The notes beneath the pieces are model-generated. The model did no database searches and was not told the origin of the DNA. It was given only the letters and a program-made list of their open reading frames with translations. Below are positions 58,785-64,000 of a stretch of 64,000 nucleotides of DNA, piece after piece. This DNA is from Amoebidium appalachense (Eukaryota > Protista > Ichthyosporea), in assembly GCA_963693365.1 (NCBI GenBank), contig CAVNZM010000007.1, positions 7,437,962 through 7,501,961 of the forward strand, in the 5' to 3' direction. How positions within the stretch are numbered: the first letter of the stretch is position 1; each line of letters begins with the position of its first letter. A program made the translations under genes and the position numbers.

Positions 58785-59479
58785 TGTGGATAGTGTACGT
58801 ATAAATAATTATAAATATACTGTTTAAATATCACTGCTGTCTCATCTGTCGTGCTGCAATGTGGTTGCTACGAGAATGCGGGTTATGAAGGCCCTTCGGA
58901 TTTGGTTGAAACCAACCGACAGCGTGCTCGTTTTTGAGTCTAACCTAGACTTTGCAGCTTGTCGAAGCTACACCGAACTTTGCTTTAACTAACACTTTAC
59001 TATTCCCTAAGTTTACCAATGGCAAGTCTCAGCTGCACTGAATCGTTTTGACATTTCAAGTTGCCCAACAACAAGCACGTACTCGCTCGTATGATGTCTG
59101 GAACACAAGGGACTCTATGTCACTGTAATTTATGAACAAATACTGAGTTTGTGTACTCAGAACTTTTGAGGCGGTTAACGTTATTATGCATAGGTGGTGG
59201 TTATTTTCTGTGTTTTTACTGTATATATCTCATGAAATAATTTCTCTTAAAGTGGACACTGTGTCCTTGCCTGGGATCGTCACAAGACATGTGGCTGTAA
59301 ATCACATGTGCAGGACACGACGCATGTATGGCACTGTGAACGTGTGTGTGTGTGAGGCACCCTTTCGTTCTGTTGTCTTTTTGGCCGTCGTTACCAGAGT
59401 TCGTGAGCCCGTGGCTTTCAGAAGCACGTGTAGGCCGCCACGCATTCCAATCACATTCCATAGATACCCTCGAGTATAA

Positions 59480-60640
59480 ACGTGGCGACTCGCCAGCGAT
59501 TCGCGATTCTTTATCAAAATCGATACCGGCATGGGACGACGTGTGTATATTCGGCAGTCCCCTCCCTCGCCCGATCGAATATAAGTATTTGGGGGTTCCG
59601 GTGGATGAGTGGGGCATATGTTTCAAACGGATGGTCGACCGTCGGGTGGAGAGTGCAGGCAGCTAGGTGTCTTCGTTTATTTAGGGATGTGTATCTTGCT
59701 ATTCTTTCTACTACTGTACACTTACACAACCGTCTTAGTATATTTCGCACCTTTATTCGTCTGAGTACGGGTTGCCTTTATTAGCTATGGCACCCCCTGA
59801 TACCGTTGCAAATATTCTCCAATCATTAGATGACTTCCACTACACAACTTGTTGTACGTTTCTTACTGGCCTTTCCACACCTATTTCTAGACGCCTTTTC
59901 GATTCTTTATACGCACTCACACCACCATCACAGCCCATAAATTTCACGAGCACGTACATCACGTGCACCCGCCTATCCGCCATTGCCCCGACCCATCCAC
60001 TCTTCCGGCTACACGCATCCCCGCCGGACTCGCCCCTCTACCTCTTCCCTTCGACATCGTCTCTGTCCATTGTCGAGCGATATGCGGAGTGGCTGGCGAC
60101 TCCACCGGAGGTACGTATACGGCTGGACCATAGTGTGACTATGAATAGTTTTAAGTCTATGGCTTATCATAGATACCTTTTTACTTTACGTGTCGAGTCC
60201 CTCTCAGCGTTAGGTCAGCAAAAACACCAACTACTAGTAGCCTATATGGCGGATACGGTTAGACAATCTCGCTCCTATATAGATTCGTTTATTCATGATG
60301 TTGTGTCGTATAAATATGCAAAGATGATTATGTCTTGGCGTTGTAATCGGTTTTTGGTGTCTCCTGCTCGTATGTGTAATAGGTGTGGGGGGCGGTTTAC
60401 TCGCGGATGCATATCTATCAATAAGTGTGACCTGTTAGCTAATGTGGTAGAACCGGAGGTTATGGGCGGCTTTATTCTCTTTTCTACTTCTCTCCCCCAG
60501 TATATATCCGTTATAAAAATGACCGTGTTAGATCACCTTATAATGCTGCACAGTATGATATTGTGATACTGTGTCTTAACTTTCTCTCGGAGCTACCAAT
60601 GCTATAGCTATAGCTCCTGCTTATCCATAATCTATACTAG
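59480..60640 (+). mobile_element. 5'-truncated, frameshifted non-LTR retrotransposon (RT C-terminus plus Cys-rich domain)
   Basis: IFGSPLPRPIEYKYLGV (RT motif 7), then RLSIFRTFIR..(frameshift)..PLL thumb region, then ORF 59772-60566 with WRCNRF...CNRCGGRFTRGC. No introns or microsatellites. Confidence 0.75.
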
Positions 60641-61060
60641 GGTTGTTTTATTGCATATATATACCGTGTACATAAGTCACTAGCTGCATTTGATTGGCTG
60701 CGCTGGAACACGCAGTATAGGCCATCAAGTGAGGCTGGGCCCCTGACGATGTCCGCAGCAATACAAAGTGCATTATAAACCCCCCATTCGCGATTGTCCA
60801 GCGATCGACTTTCCACAGTGGCGTGCACATGTTGACAAACATACATGCATCACGGTTTACACTTTACCTGCTGTATATAACACGGGCTTAATGTTGATAT
60901 GATTCTTTTCTCTGCCAAAGGCGTGGGCTCGAAGTCTCCAAGGATCAAGTTGTTCATATTAGTTGGGTCTAAAAGTGGCAACAGGCCTCGGGATGCATTC
61001 CTAGCTAGGATGCCTTCAGATAAATAAGCCAATCATTGCATTTGGCTTTAACGGTTATTT

Positions 61061-63430
<2,370 letters not shown>

Positions 63431-64000
63431 GGTTATTTGAAAGCATTTTCCGATTTGGCATACTCTCGGTAGAATCACCCTATACTGTAATGTATATGCG
63501 CCGTATAGGCGGATCCCCCTTGACCACGTACTATCACATATACATCTGATCGACTATGTATGTGTACACCTGCCGGCTTTCTGTTTGCGTCTCTGTTATT
63601 CGCCATAGTCAGCCATAATTACAGCAAGTTAGCGAAGTTTTTTAACACATAATGTTACATTTAACCAACATAAAGCCTCCTCATACGTTTACCAAACTAC
63701 CCCCGCTACGCACACATCATGCATATGTAGCTAGCGTATATGTAGCCTACTAGAGGTCAGCCGCGGCTCAAGAAATTGTTCCAAGTCCTTTTTTAATGAA
63801 ATTTAATTTTTTTTAATGCATAATGTCTTTGCCGTCGACGCAACTAGCGCTAGCCCGCAATGTTCTATAGTAGACTTGTAGAGTTATAGCAGTTATTGTC
63901 CGTTTCTCTTCGGAAAGCATAATACTAGGAACCCAACATGGATATCCTTGATGTAAACCTGGCAGAAGACCAGCTTGACCGTGGCATACAGGTGAGGTTT

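Noticed and set aside
60640-61032. Continuation of the hAT cargo gene or an intact gene split by the insertion
   Set aside because: It lies outside the TIR, and joining the two flanks at the TSD gives no open frame.

Overview
Eukaryotic, intron-rich genomic DNA saturated with G/C homopolymers and (CA)n/(GA)n/(GCAC)n microsatellites. The gene content and style suggest a unicellular opisthokont or holozoan, but this is inference only. Most ORFs in the six-frame track are repeat artefacts. By manual splicing I find the following. (1) A ~37-exon P5B-type ATPase gene (ATP13A/Ypk9 family) on the minus strand, 44643 to 13276, with two identical tRNA-Val(CAC) genes and several MITEs in its introns. 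(2) A 10-exon, ~1094-aa type-I membrane protein gene on the minus strand, 58784 to 51274, with a signal peptide, beta/gamma-crystallin-like and WSC domains, a polybasic cleavage site, ZP-module-like features and one GC-AG intron. (3) An intronless low-complexity 302-aa gene and a partial multi-exon plus-strand gene at the left edge. (4) Mobile DNA: a 2.37-kb non-autonomous hAT element (12-bp TIR, 8-bp TSD) carrying captured, intron-containing host gene fragments, a truncated non-LTR retrotransposon and at least five MITEs. All calls are from reading the sequence; no database searches were run.
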